64,000 nucleotides of DNA from Rebecca billardiae RCC1528 (taxonomy: Eukaryota > Protista > Haptophyta). The position numbers and the translations under genes were made by a program. The stretch covers positions 2,046,001 to 2,110,000 of the forward strand of contig OZ251233.1 in NCBI GenBank assembly GCA_965240325.2, in the 5' to 3' direction. The notes beneath the pieces were generated by a model. That model had not been told where the DNA came from. It ran no database searches and saw only the letters and a list, made by a program, of their open reading frames with translations. Positions 1 through 12,160 of this stretch are shown here, piece by piece. Position 1 is the first letter of the stretch; each line of letters starts with the position of its first letter.

Positions 1-1531
1 AAGGATTGATTGCCAAGTCGTCAGCCGACGACTGGGAAGTTGAGCCTGATGCTGCCCGCTGCCGGTTCGCGGGACGAATGACGAGCAGCCTATGGCCCGT
101 GAACCTGCTTCAGCTCCTAGAACTCTTCCAGACGTGGTGAGGATATCCCTCACGAACTCAGCCCTCTCGCGCTGACGCAGCGCGTCTTGCGGCCTGCTGC
201 GTGCCGCGAGCTATCGGACAGCGCGGCCCGCCGGCCGCGGGCCTTGGGCGGCGGGTCGACGGCTCCAGGCGGCTGCGGAGGACGCGGGGGCCGGTCGCAT
301 CCCGGCCAAGGCGTGGGCATCGGCTCGGCGGTTGGGCCCGTCAGCACGCCGGCAAGCGCTCTGATGCCACTCGAGACTGGCTGCCGAGCTGTCGCGCAAC
401 CGTGCCCGGCAAGACACGTGGGTCCGCGCCGAGCGTTCACCGGCCTCCGAACCCGCGCACGCCTACCAGCCCAGGGCCAGGGCACGCGCCGTCGAGCTGC
501 CCAGCCGCAAGCAGCTCGACAGCCCCGCTGTGTGCGCGCGCGCCTGCCGGTCCGTCTGCTGCCCGCTCGAGGGCGAGCACGCGGCGCCTCACCTGTCGAC
601 CACGACAGCGCGCCTCGCGTGCACACTCTGATGGCGAGGCCCGGGATCTGGGCAGGCGATGGCACTACCCGCGCCTCCGCCAAGTCTCGGCCTGGCCGAG
701 CCTGCCACAACGAGCAGCATGCACCACAGTCCGGCCGTCTCAGGTCACTGTCGTCGGCAGCCAGCATTCGCCGGGCGCGATGGCGCCGGACGCTCGCGCG
801 CGATCAAGGATTGATTGCCATCAAGTCGTCAGCCGTCGACTGGGAAGCTGAGCCTGATGCTGCCCGCTGCCGGGTCGCGGGACGAATAACGAGCAGCCTA
901 CGGTCCGTGAACCTGCGTTAGCTCCTAGAACGCTTTCAGACGTGGTGAGGATCTCCCTCACGACCTCAGCCCTCTCGCGCTGACGCAGCGCGTCCGCTGC
1001 CACTCTACGGCCCTGCTTCCTGCTGCGTGCCGCGAGCTCTCGGACAGCCCGGCCCGCCGGCCGCGGGCCGTGGGCAGCGGGTCGACGGCTCCAGGCGGCT
1101 GCGGAGGACGCGGAGGCCGGTCGCATCCCGGCCAAGGCGTGGGCATCGGCCCGGCGGCTGAGCCCGCCAGCACGCCGGCAAGCGCTCTGATGCCACTCAG
1201 CCTCGAGACTGGCTGCAGAGCTGTCGCGCAACCGTGCCCGGCAAGACACGTGGGTCCGCGCCGAGCGTTCACCGGCCTCCGAACCCGCGCACGCCTCCCA
1301 GACCAGGGCCAGGGCATGCGCCGTCGATCTAACCAGCCGGAAGCAGCTCGACAGCCCCGCTGTGTGCGCGCGCGCCTGCCGGTATGTCCGCTGCCCGCTC
1401 GAGGGCGAGCACGCGGCGCCTCACCTGTCGACCACGACAGCGCGCCTCGCGTGCACACTCTGACGGCGAGGCCCGGGATCTGGGCAGGCGATGGCACTAC
1501 CCGCGCCTCCGCCAAGTCTCGGCCTGGCCGA
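1..1531. repeat. Tandem duplication, unit about 806 bp (copy 1 may start before the window; copy 2 truncated near 1531)
   Basis: AAGGATTGATTGCC...AAGTCGTCAGCCG begins at 1 and again at 807. The copies stay collinear with small indels up to CTCGGCCTGGCCGAG (about 700 and 1532). No recognisable protein. Confidence 0.9.
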
Positions 1532-1977
1532 GGGGCACAACACCGGCCGAGCCCTCGGCCCGGCGCGCCGCCGCCAGCCTGTGCTGAAAAGCCCAAGCCG
1601 TGCGCGGCAGGCCTGCGCGTGCGAGCGGCGATGGGCGTGGGCGGCGTTGCGCGGCGCGAAGTGGGCCAGGGGCATGTCAGCCTCGACTTCGCCGCGTCGC
1701 GCGCGGCCGAGCGCGCGCTCTGCGCGCGGGGCGCGCGACGCGAGGCGGGCGCTCGCGCACGCACGCGGCCATCCCATCCAGCGCCAACGGGCGGCGCCAG
1801 CGGAGGGACTTCACTCGTCGAACGTGTGAAGGTCCCTCGAGACGTGTGAAGGTCCCAGTGGGAGGGACCTTCACACGAGTCCGAGTTCGGCCGTGCTCCC
1901 TCGGCCGAAGCCCTGGCCGGGCTCGATTTCGGTGGAGTGGCCTCGGTTGGTTCCCGTGCCCTCATCTGCTTTTTTTT

Positions 1978-4380
1978 GGCTTCATCCGGTTGCCACATTA
2001 AGCCTTGACCACCTGCCACATTAAGGGCCCCGCGACCGGCTACCACATTAAGGCGACCGGCTGCCACATTAATCTCGCCTGCCTGAGCTGTGTGCGTCTC
2101 TTATTCTTAGTAAACTGTAAGGATCCGCGCCAACGCTCGCACGGCCACCGACACGCCACGCGCGGAGCGATGCGCCGATGGTCTTCGGCTCGGTCGCAAC
2201 GTCCTGAACCGCGCTGGCCTGTTCAGTCGCCCTTTGCTCGACGCAGTCGTGCACTGGCCGGTGGAGGCAGTGGCGCCGGGCGTCGGGAAGCACTTCGAGT
2301 TCCTCGGTGAGGCTGGCGAGCCCGCGCCCGACAAGAAGTAGCGCGGCGGCGCGTGCGCGCCGTGCTCGCGGTGACGTACGTGCTGCTCGCGAAGGGAAAG
2401 CAGTTCAAGCAGGGACACCTCGAGCACTCGGCAGATTATCTCGCCTTGCTCGCCGCTGACGGCCAGCGTGCGAAGCGCGCTGCTGGCATACACGGCGTTG
2501 AGCAGGTCACCGTGCGAGAGTGCTCCGTCAGACCCGTGGCCAAGGCCCTTGTCGATCAGCTGCGCTGAAGGGCGCGCGCAAGAGTGCGTGATGGAGGTCA
2601 GTTCCAGGCAGGCTCCATGTTGGCTGCAGCGCTGCGTCTGCGCAGCATGCCCCCGCACGCGCGTCTGCACGCGCACGCCTGCGCTCAGCTGCAACTTGCG
2701 CTCGAGCTCAGCCTTGAGCGCGCTCAGCGTGCCCTTCAGCAGCTCGAGCGGTTCCTCCTAGCGCCACGCGTCCGCGTGGCGCCGCGAGTAGTTGCTTGTT
2801 CAGCGGCTGCACCTGCACCGCCGCGCGCTCGACGCTCGCCTCGACCACCTCCGCGCGCACGCGCTCGCCGACGCGCTCCAGGGACTGCTGCGTCAGCTCG
2901 TGCGCACAGTGGAGCGCCGGAGCGACACCTCCGCGCCATCCACCGCGCTTATCGCCTGGCTGGGCGCTATGGAGAGCTACACGCGCGCCGGGGGCGCGAG
3001 CCCGACGACGCATTCGCAGTTCACCTCGCTGTACGACGAACGCCACCTCGAGCGCACGAGCGCATGCGTCTGCAGCGGGAGCACCGACGGCCGCTCCGGT
3101 AGGCTCGCCGCCGACTTCCCCAGTAGTAACCAGCAGATCAAAGTCGTCTTCGGTAGCGCGCGAGGCTCGCTACAATACGGTGATGCTACACCACATGGTT
3201 TGCGTCACACGCAGCACCACATGGGTGGCCGGCAGCGGCGTACCATCGGCTGAGCTGTTCCTGAGTCACTGTTCCTCTGCAGAGACGTGCGCGCGTCGAC
3301 GAGCACTTGCGCGCTCTGCGGCCTTCGGCACCTTGACACCTTGACATCATTGCGCGTGCGCATGACAGGCGCGGATGGTTGCGCACTTGCGTGTCCGTCG
3401 GCGGCGCGCACGATCCGCGAGCACCGTCCGCCGGGGCCTTGCCATTGTCGACCTTGGACGGCGCACGGCGCACCGCGGCGCGCTCGCGGCCTTCGGTCGG
3501 GTAGCCCTCGCTGGACATGTGCTGGCCTCTGTTGCTCCGCTGCTCATCGGACCGGGTGCCAATCAGTGGCCCACAATTGACGACCCGTGCGCCTGCCCCG
3601 CATGCTCGCACACGGGATGACGCAGCCTGGAGCCACCCCGGTCGAGATTTCGGGATGTCAAAGCAGTGGCCGAGCATGCGCTCAAGCGCTCTCATCCTCA
3701 TGGAGCGTGACCTCTACCGTTCTACCGTCTGAGCGTCTGCCGTCACAGGAGTCGGACAAGTCCCCAAAGCTGGGTGCAACCAGTCCCTCGGGAGTAGCCG
3801 CCAGGCCTCCCGCCACCACCGCAGCCGCGCCGCCCAGGGTTGTGAGTCCTGGGATGACCCGGGGTGGTCAGGCTGGCGCGCACGCTCGCGGAACCTTGGA
3901 ACCCGCGCTCCCGCGCTGCGTCGCGTGTCACCCCTCGATCGCCGCCCCACCGCCACCTCTTCCCTCCCATCACCACCTCTTCCTCGACATCCTCGGCCTT
4001 CGCCGCAGCACCGACGCCCCGCGCGCGGCCGCTGTGGCAGCGGGCGATCAGCGTGCGCTGCGCCGCCGCGCCGCCGCGCCGCCCAGAGTTGTGCAGCGCG
4101 GCCTGTGAGTCCTGCGAGCTGCCCTGTGTGGTCAGGCTGGTACGCACGCTCGCTAACGCTTCGAACACGCGCTGCATAGCGTGTCGCCCCTCGATCGCCG
4201 CCCCACCGCCGCGTTTTCCTCCACGCACGGCGGCCGTCGCCGCAGCACGAGAGCCCCGCGCGCGGGCAGCGCGCGTTAATGTGGTGGCGGGATCCTTAAT
4301 GTGGCAGTGGTCAACCGGCTGCCACATTAAGGCTTAATGTGGTGGCGGGATTCGGCTTAATGTGGTAACCGGCTGAAGTC
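1978..4380. mobile_element. Non-autonomous MULE-like (Pack-MULE-like) DNA transposon
   Basis: 27-bp TIRs GGCTTCATCCGGTTGCCACATTAAGCC (1978-2004) and GGCTTAATGTGGTAACCGGCTGAAGTC (4354-4380), 3 mismatches. 9-bp TSD CTTTTTTTT at 1969-1977 and 4381-4389. Several subterminal CCACATTAAG motifs at both ends. No transposase recognised. Confidence 0.8.
2071..2119. repeat. Solo copy of the 49-bp Tc1/mariner-like TIR (same family as the MITE at 33628-33814), ending CTG+TA
   Basis: AATCTCGCCTGCCTGAGCTGTGTGCGTCTCTTATTCTTAGTAAACTG-TA is identical to the reverse complement of the left TIR at 33628. Confidence 0.85.
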
Positions 4381-4479
4381 CTTTTTTTTAGTCGGCTGAA
4401 TATCCGCGTCCGCCGCCATCATTCTGTCGTCGGCGCACTAGCTGAGACACCTGGACGCGATCCACGTCGTCGCGCCGCC

Positions 4480-5946
4480 ATGGTGCTCGTCGATCACACC
4501 GAGCGCGGCGTCGCCGCGGAGCTCGTGCACTTCCTCGCGCCGTACATGAACGGTGCGCCCGCGAGTGACGAGCCGCCAACGACTGGACCTGCCGGCGCGC
4601 TCGCCGGCCGCGCGGCGAAGCTCGCCGACAACGCCTCGGACGCCCCGGCCGTGCTGCGCGAGCTCACGGCCGCGCTCGGCAAGCACGCGTCCGACATCCC
4701 AGAGGAGGAGATGCTGCACGCATACACGCTGATGTGGGACGTCATCAGTGCGAACGCCCCAGCAGACGCGTCCAATCTCGCGCGCGACCTCGCCAAGCAG
4801 CTCGTGGCCGACCTCGCTGCCAAGCCAGCCGACCGGCCGGCGTCCCGCCTTGCAGCGTACGCGCGCGCGCTCCGCCTGCAGCTGCGGCGCCGGGGTCGCA
4901 CGCGGGCGGCGCAGGGCGGGCGGCGCATGTGCGCCGTCGCGTGCGTGCGTGCCTCGCCCGGCAGGGTTGGGCACAGCGCCCGCCACCGCGCGGGGCTCTG
5001 TGCGCCGCCTCTCGTGCGGGCCACTCTCTCTCACCGCCTGGCACGCCCGCCCGCCGTGTGCGTGTGTCGCGCGCGCGGTTCGCGACCGCGCAGCATCGTC
5101 GCGCTCTACGACCGGGTGGGCAAGGCGAACCCGGCGTGGCGGTACGAGCTGCTCCTCGTGCTCATCAAGTTCGCCGGCGAGAGCAGGCAGCTGCGCGCGC
5201 TGCCCAGCCCGGCCGAGGTCGAGCGCTGGCTCGCGCACTGGGGCTCAGACAAGGCCGAGCGGATCGCCGTGTACGACGCGGCGTGCGCGTGCAGCGCGGC
5301 GTGCGGCGCGGGCGACGACGAGACGCAGGCGTGGCTGCTGCTGCTGCTGCGCGAGTGCGACGGCGGCGACGCCAAGCTGCTCGGCGCGCACGCCAAGCAG
5401 GCGCTCGCCGCGGTCGGCGGCGCGCTCCGAAGCCCAAGCTTCCACCAGTACGACACGCTCGCCGAGCTCGACGTGGTCAAGCACCTGGCGCAGAGCGCGG
5501 AGCACAAGGGTGCGTTCGAGCTGCTGCGCATCTTCACCGAGGGCGGCGTGCCCGAGTACACCGCCTTCGCGCAGAAGCAGCCCAAGGTGCTCGAGCAGCT
5601 CGGCCTCGAGCCCGCGCGCGCGCTCGGCAAGATGCGTCTGCTGTCACTGGTCACGCTCGGGCACGCGGTCATGGCGACGGCGTCGCGGGAGACGAGCTTC
5701 GAGAAGGCGGCCGAGGCGACGGGCGTGGGCGCGGACGAGGTGGAGCTGCTCGTGCTCGACGCGATCTCCGCGGGGCTGCTCGAGGCGCGCATCGACGAGC
5801 TGCACCGCACCATCCGCGTGACGCGCGCCATGCACCGCACGTTTGGGCCGGCGCAGTGGAAGGCTCTGGGCCGCGAGCTGGGCGAATGGCGCACGCACGT
5901 GCAGGCGCTGCTCGAGGTGATCGGCACCGCGCCCGTCGCCGTGTGA
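4480..5946 (+). CDS. EIF3M: Eukaryotic translation initiation factor 3 subunit M (PCI domain); intron 4857-5093
   Basis: C-terminal PCI motif KMRLLSLVTL...EVELLVLDAISAGLLEARIDE...HRTFGPAQWKAL. Removing the 237-bp GT-AG intron (in frame) deletes the Arg/Ala-rich segment. Confidence 0.88.
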   Translation: MVLVDHTERGVAAELVHFLAPYMNGAPASDEPPTTGPAGALAGRAAKLADNASDAPAVLRELTAALGKHASDIPEEEMLHAYTLMWDVISANAPADASNLARDLAKQLVADLAAKPADRPASRLAAYARALRLQLRRRGRTRAAQGGRRMCAVACVRASPGRVGHSARHRAGLCAPPLVRATLSHRLARPPAVCVCRARGSRPRSIVALYDRVGKANPAWRYELLLVLIKFAGESRQLRALPSPAEVERWLAHWGSDKAERIAVYDAACACSAACGAGDDETQAWLLLLLRECDGGDAKLLGAHAKQALAAVGGALRSPSFHQYDTLAELDVVKHLAQSAEHKGAFELLRIFTEGGVPEYTAFAQKQPKVLEQLGLEPARALGKMRLLSLVTLGHAVMATASRETSFEKAAEATGVGADEVELLVLDAISAGLLEARIDELHRTIRVTRAMHRTFGPAQWKALGRELGEWRTHVQALLEVIGTAPVAV

Positions 5947-7175
5947 GCGCGGCGCGCGCGCCTCCGCGCACGCCGCACCTCGCGCACGCCGCACGGTGCA
6001 GCCGACGCCACCCCGCCCGCCGCCTGGGCGCGAGAGCCGCTGACGGGAGCGAGGCCTGGGCGCGCGGGCCGATCGCCGGTGCCGGTGAGACTGAGTGGTA
6101 CACTACCCACCACCGCCTCCTCGGCGCGTCCACGGCCAGCGCGGGGCCGGCGCACGCGAGTGCGCCGACCCGTGATTGCCTACACAGGTCGCCGCAAAAC
6201 GACCGGGCGATGGCGGTGTGCCCTGGGGACGGCGGTTTTGGGCGCGGCCCCTTTGGGGCTGCCGCGTCACGTCCGGTTGGCCCAGCGCACTCCGTGACCC
6301 GACTTGGAGTCGTCCATAGACCAAGCACCCTGGCGGTGCGTGGCGCGTGCGGCAATGCAGAACGACTGAGTCTAACTACCGACTACTGTCACGGCGATCT
6401 GAATTCGTCCCTTACTGATAATGACACTGCCGGACCGTAGACAGCCGGTCGTTACTTGAGACTGCTGACTAGTGACTGACGGAGTAGACCTCGGATAGGC
6501 GGATACTCTCTGATTTCCGATCCGGAATTTTTAATATACATATATATACTAAATACAAAATAATATTTAAATAATAAATCGATTCCCCTACCCGTGTCAG
6601 AGTATATTATTAGAATAGATCGACACGCAGGCTTGAATGATCGATACATATCGGACGGCGTCAGGACACTTAGGACTACACTTATTGCATGACAGGCATG
6701 GCCATGCGGCATGCGGCGCGGGCCCATGCGCCGCGCGATCGGCCGACGGCATGATGATGAGGCCGATGGCAATGGCCGTGCCCGTGGCGATTATCGGGCG
6801 ATTGGGTCGTCATCATCCGAATTTTAAGCGGATGCTCATCAGAATGCTCCTACTGGCTACTCATAGTCCTAAGCACACGAATGATGATGCCAGGCTTGCG
6901 GGCCTCATCAGCCCTGAGCAGTCTGACTGCATCAGACTATGCAGTCACGAGCTGGCGCTTGACGTGGTCGGGGGCGGTGAGGCGGTCGCCCGCGGTCCCG
7001 GTCCGCGGTGGGCACGACCGCGGGCCGCGCGCGCGTGGCGCGGACCGGGACTTGGTTCAGGTCAGCTTCGTGAGCTTGGACCTTGGTGCAGCCAGCCGGA
7101 CTTTTCGATTTTGCCGCTTCCCCGGCGTGGTCCGGTAGCTTCGCTCGAGTGAACGTACGTCGCGCCGTGGCCGGC

Positions 7176-9356
7176 ATGCGGCGCGCCTCCCGACTGCTGG
7201 CGGCGGCGCTGCTCGCGCATGCCCGCGCGTCCGAGGCGGCGGAGGTGGCGGCAAAGCTCGCGTACCGCGGCCCCCTCGATGAGTCCGTCACGACCCACCG
7301 CTGCAACATGTCGCGCGGCGAGGTCTTCAGCTCCGATCGGTGCGTGCGCGCCGAGCTGGCCGGCACGCCGAGTGAGCTCTACCTGCTGCCGCCGACGTGG
7401 AAGTTCGGCGTGGCGACGGCGTCGTATCAGGTCGAGGGCGGCGCCCGGGACGGCGGTCGCGGCCCCTCCATCTGGGACACGTTCTCGCACACGCCCGGGC
7501 GCACGGCCAAAGGCGCGACCGGCGACGTGGCGGTCGACCACTATCACCGCTGGCGCGAGGACTCGTCGCTCATCGCGGCGCTCGGCGTGCACTACTACCG
7601 GCTGAGCATCGCGTGGCCGCGCGTGATGCCCGACGGATACACGCTCAACCCCGAGGGGCTGCGCTTCTACCACGCGCTGCTCGACAAGCTGCTGGCGGCG
7701 GGCATTGAGCCGATGCTCACGCTATACCACTGGTGCGCGCGCGCGCGCACACCGGAGGCGCGCACGCGCGCGCCGCGCCGGAGGGCGGGCGGCGCGCTGA
7801 CGCGCCCACGCCGCCGCGGGCGCGCCGCCGCCCCTCCGCCGCAGGGACCTGCCGCAGGCGCTCGAGGACGCGGGCGGCTGGCGCAACAAGAGCATGATCG
7901 TGCCCGCGTTCACCGCGTACGCGCGCGCCATGTTTGGGGAGTTTGGGCGCAAGAGCAAGGACTGGGTGACGTTCAACGAGCCCGCGTCGTTCGTGTTCAT
8001 GGGGCTCGGCACCGGGCAGCACGCGCCGGGCCGGTGCTCCGACCGCGCGCGCTGCCCAGCCGGCAACTCGTCCACCGAGCCCTTCCTCGCCGCGCACAAT
8101 GTGCTGCTCGCACACGCGCGCACGTATGAGCTGCTGCGCGGGCTGCGCGGCCCCGGGGGCTCGTGCGAGGGGTGCCGGCTGGCGATGGCGAACTGCCTGC
8201 AGTGGTCGCAGCCGATGGACCTGGGCAGCGACGCCGACTGGCGCGCCGCCGAGCGGCGCATGGAGGCCGAGATCGGCATCTGGTACGACCCGCTCATCCT
8301 CGGCCACTGGCCGGCCGTCGTGCAGCGGGCGGTTGGAGACCGCCTGCCGCCGTTCAGCGAGGAGGAGGCGGCGCTGCTCAAGGGGTCTGTGGACTACGTC
8401 GGGCTGAACTACTACACGTCGCACTTCGTGCGCGCGCGGATGGAGTACGCCAACGACGCGGACACCGGCCAGTACACCGAGCCCGACCAGCCGGGGCGCG
8501 ACGAGGTCGTGCAGCGCGACCACGACGGCACGCCGGTCGGTGCGGTCGGCGGCGGCGCGGGCTGGGTGATGGCGACGCCTGGCGGCCTGCGCTCGGTGCT
8601 CGTGTGGCTCTCGATGCGCTACGGCCCCGAGCTCGAGGTGTACATCCTCGAGTCGGGCTGCCCCGCCCCCGCCGAGTCCGACCCGTCGTCCCCCGAGCGC
8701 GCGCAGCTCGACGACCAGTGGCGCATCGCGTACCTATTTGAGTACCTCCGCGCGGCCGCGCAGGCGCGGCTGTATGACGGGGTGAACGTGCAGGGCTACT
8801 TTGTCTGGTCGCTGCTGGACAACTACGAGTGTGCGTGCGCGCGCGGGCGTGCGCGCGCGCGGCCGCCGCGCCGCGCACGCGCCCACCGCCGCGCGCCGCG
8901 CGTCCGCCCCGCGCCCGCGCCACAGGGGCGGAGGGCTATGACTCCCGGTTCGGGATTGTGCGCGTCGACTATGAGCGAGACCTGCGGCGCATCCCGAAGG
9001 CGTCCTTCCACTGGTACCAGGCGGTGATCCAGTCGGTGCGCGCGCGGCTGGGTGCGCGCGCGGCGGAGCGGAGGGCCGCGGGTGACGAGCCGGGCGCCGC
9101 GCCGCGGCTGCTCGCGCCCGGCGCGGCGCCGCCCGCGAGCGGGCCGGCAGGGGGCGGCAGCACCGCACGGCATGCGCTGCGCTGGGCGGCGACGGCCGCA
9201 GCCGCTGCCGCCTGCTTTGCCCTCGGGGCGGCGTATGGACGCGGCGCTCGCGCGGGCGCCACGCGTGCTCCGGAGGGCCGATTCGCTGGCGACGGCGAGC
9301 TCGCGCAGCGCCTCGTCGCTCGGCAGCCTGCCGCCTGGGCCACGTCGGAGCTGTGA
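7176..9356 (+). CDS. Glycoside hydrolase family 1 beta-glucosidase with signal peptide and C-terminal hydrophobic segment; introns 7733-7844 and 8831-8925
   Basis: [31 protein letters not shown] across intron 1, TFNEP acid/base, YILESG nucleophile, [13 protein letters not shown] across intron 2. Confidence 0.95.
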
Positions 9357-9743
9357 CACGATCCGAGTAGCCATCAGGATCAGCCCGGCGGCTGCAGCGG
9401 TCGATCACTAAGCTAGGCACTAGCCGCAGCTTGGCGGAGCATCATCACCGCATGACCGCCGTCGCGGGCCGCATTCCTCATTCCTGGCCGCGCCCGCAGT
9501 GATGCCTGGCCGATGCCTCGCGCCGAGCGCCACTACGGCACTAGCCGTAGCGGCCACGGGCACGCGGCCCGCCGGGCCCCGCCCAATGGCCCATCCTCGA
9601 TCATCCTGCTTCTGACGCGTAGATGTAAACCACTACGATCGAATGATGCCGGAGCTAGTCTCATGACGGTGATTGGTCGTGCCATCATATGGTGGCGGCG
9701 GCAACGGCTGCCCACCGGCACCGTCCCGGACGGCTAACCGCCT

Positions 9744-9789
9744 ATCTCGCCTGCCTGAGCTGTGTGCGTCTCGTATTCTTAGTAAACTG
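9744..9789. repeat. Solo copy of the 49-bp TIR family
   Basis: ATCTCGCCTGCCTGAGCTGTGTGCGTCTCGTATTCTTAGTAAACTG (1 mismatch), about 190 bp upstream of the isochorismatase ATG. Confidence 0.85.
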
Positions 9790-9976
9790 AATAACTGTAG
9801 TGTGCACGTGAAAATACATAGTAAACTGTGGCGGTGTCTTTGTGCAGTGTTGGATGGCGTTAATCACGCCTTAACCAAGTGTGCACGTTAAATCATAGTA
9901 AACTGTCGTCGTATTGTACCGGACTCCACCATCATCGTAGCGCCCTCGCTGCAGTCTGGACGCGAATCTCGCGACG

Positions 9977-10762
9977 ATGTCCGTGTTGTGCCTGGCGCTC
10001 GTCGCGTCCGCGACATGGCTTCCGGCCTCGCGAGTGGTGCGTGCGCCGGCGGCCGGCCGCACGTCAACCAGCGCGATGGCGTTGGAATGGCAGCGCATCC
10101 GTGGCGGCGCGTCGGATCGCACCTACCCGGCGGCGGAGGCAAAGGGTGGCGATCCGATCGACCCGTCCACGACCGCGCTCGTGATGATTGAGTACCAGAA
10201 CGAGTTTGCGACGGAGGGCGGCAAGCTGCACGACGCGGTGAAGGACGTGATGACATCGAACGACATGCTCTCCAAGAGCGTGGCGGCCTGCGACGCCGCG
10301 CGCGCCGCCGGCGCCAAGGTGATCCACGCGCCGATCACCTTCTCAGAGGACATGTCCGACAACCCCAACAAGCGCCTCGGCATCCTGGCGGGCGTGAACA
10401 ACGACAAGCTCTTCGTGAAGGGGACGTGGAACGCCGAGATCTGCGAGCCGATGAAGCCCAAGGACGGCGACCTCGTCGTCGAGGGCAAGAAGGGCCTCGA
10501 CGCGTTCCCCGGCACCAACCTGGAGGCGCTGCTCGTGCAGAACGGCATCAAGACGGTCGTGCTCGGCGGCTTCCTCACCAACTGCTGCGTCGAGTCGACG
10601 ATGCGCACGGCGTACGAGAAGGGGTTCAACGTCGTCACGCTCACAGACTGCACCGCGGCCACCTCCGAGGGTGAGCAGACCGCGGCGGCGGCGGGCACGT
10701 ACAACATGTTCAGCAAGCCGATGTCCAAGGACGACTTCCTCGCTGAGCTGCGCAAGCAGTAG
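9977..10762 (+). CDS. Isochorismatase/cysteine hydrolase family protein with N-terminal signal plus transit-like extension
   Basis: TALVMIEYQNEF, KKGLDAF and GFLTNCCVESTMRTAYEKGF motifs. Intronless. Hydrophobic N-terminus followed by a Ser/Arg/Ala-rich stretch. Confidence 0.92.
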   Translation: MSVLCLALVASATWLPASRVVRAPAAGRTSTSAMALEWQRIRGGASDRTYPAAEAKGGDPIDPSTTALVMIEYQNEFATEGGKLHDAVKDVMTSNDMLSKSVAACDAARAAGAKVIHAPITFSEDMSDNPNKRLGILAGVNNDKLFVKGTWNAEICEPMKPKDGDLVVEGKKGLDAFPGTNLEALLVQNGIKTVVLGGFLTNCCVESTMRTAYEKGFNVVTLTDCTAATSEGEQTAAAAGTYNMFSKPMSKDDFLAELRKQ

Positions 10763-12160
10763 GAAGCCTCCGGAACATTTTCAGATGCTCTGAGCTTAGA
10801 TGATACGCGACGACTGTACTAGATGACAGTACAGTGTGCGCTAGTGACACTACTATACGTACGACTATATTGATGATGCTGACGATCATCGTCACAGTCG
10901 CGGGCCCGGCACGGTGACGGCGGGCACGGCGCCTGACAGTGCAGTACCCGCAGCGGGCGCGGCGGCGATGAATGCCCGAATCGCCGACGAATATTAATTA
11001 TAATGATATATATAATATCGTGACGAGGGCGCCGACGCCGCGCGGGCGCGCGAATCGGGCTGCTAACCGGGGCCGCCACCGCGGACCGTGGTATTCTGCT
11101 AGTGCTAGCTACGTCGGACTCGGAGCAATCCGAGTCGGCGCGGAGCTATGCCTATAGCTAGTAGAACGATTATATTATTTATTTATAATAATATATTATT
11201 GCTAGCGTAGTCATCGTGTCAGATGGCGCGATGCCGGGCCTCGCGCTGCCAGTGCCAGTGTCAACGGTGCATCCGAGACACTGACCGAGTGAGCGAGTCG
11301 CGCGGCCCTCGGCCTCGCGGCGGTCGCCGCGGCCTTAATCACGCGGCCCTCGCGGCCCCGGCCCCGCCGGCCCGGCCGTGCCCCGCCGCCCCGGCCTGAC
11401 GGGGGGCTCCACAGCCCCACTGGCCACTTCAGAGGGCCAGGGGGCCGGGTCGGCCCTCGTCGAGTCGTCGGGGCCGCGCGCGGCGACATCGTCAGACGTC
11501 ACATCGTGGCAGACAGGTCGCCAGGAGGCATAAGGAGTTCATCCTATATATATATATATATGTCACAGCTAAGCTACGACGGCTCTCTCTTAGCTTCAGT
11601 GTCTCAGCATGGCGGCAGATCAGCAGTCGTCTTATAATATACTACTGGCACAGACTGCGCTTATGGCTTAGGGCGCCGCCTGCTAGAGTTTCACACGAGC
11701 CCGTGCCGCGCCGGCGCGCCTGGCCCGCCTGCGGGGCCCGCCGGCCCGTCCGGCGTCCCTCGGCGGCGCGGCCCCGATGCGGCCGATACTACGGCCGTGT
11801 CGGCCGAGAGTGGCGGCGCATATACAGATCATCGGCACAGCAGTATACGGTCCGACATAACTCAGACAGTCAGACAGTCACGATGAGTCAGAGCGACAGA
11901 GCAACTCAGTCATCGATCCCCAGTCGTTCTCGCCGGGATGTCGAATGACGACAATCATGCTGATATGATGAAGCCTCAGCGGCCAGCTAGAAGTAGAACT
12001 GTCCGTCGTAGCAGTGTCCGTGATCTGCTATCGGAATCGGACTACTCTACTCGCTGCGGCTGTGATGGGCACCCGGCTCGGCTGCAAGGCCGCGCACCGC
12101 TCGTCCGGGGCTCGTGGCTCGTCCGTGTGCCATGCGCATTGTCTGCACGCGCCCCGGCTG

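Noticed and set aside
2090-2106. Nextera adapter contamination (GTCTCTTAT)
   Set aside because: The match is only 9 bp and lies inside a genuine TIR family with a TA TSD.
6881-6926. Possible C/D snoRNA (ATGATGA...CTGA)
   Set aside because: Too short, no terminal stem or rRNA complement, and TGA stutters are common in these spacers.
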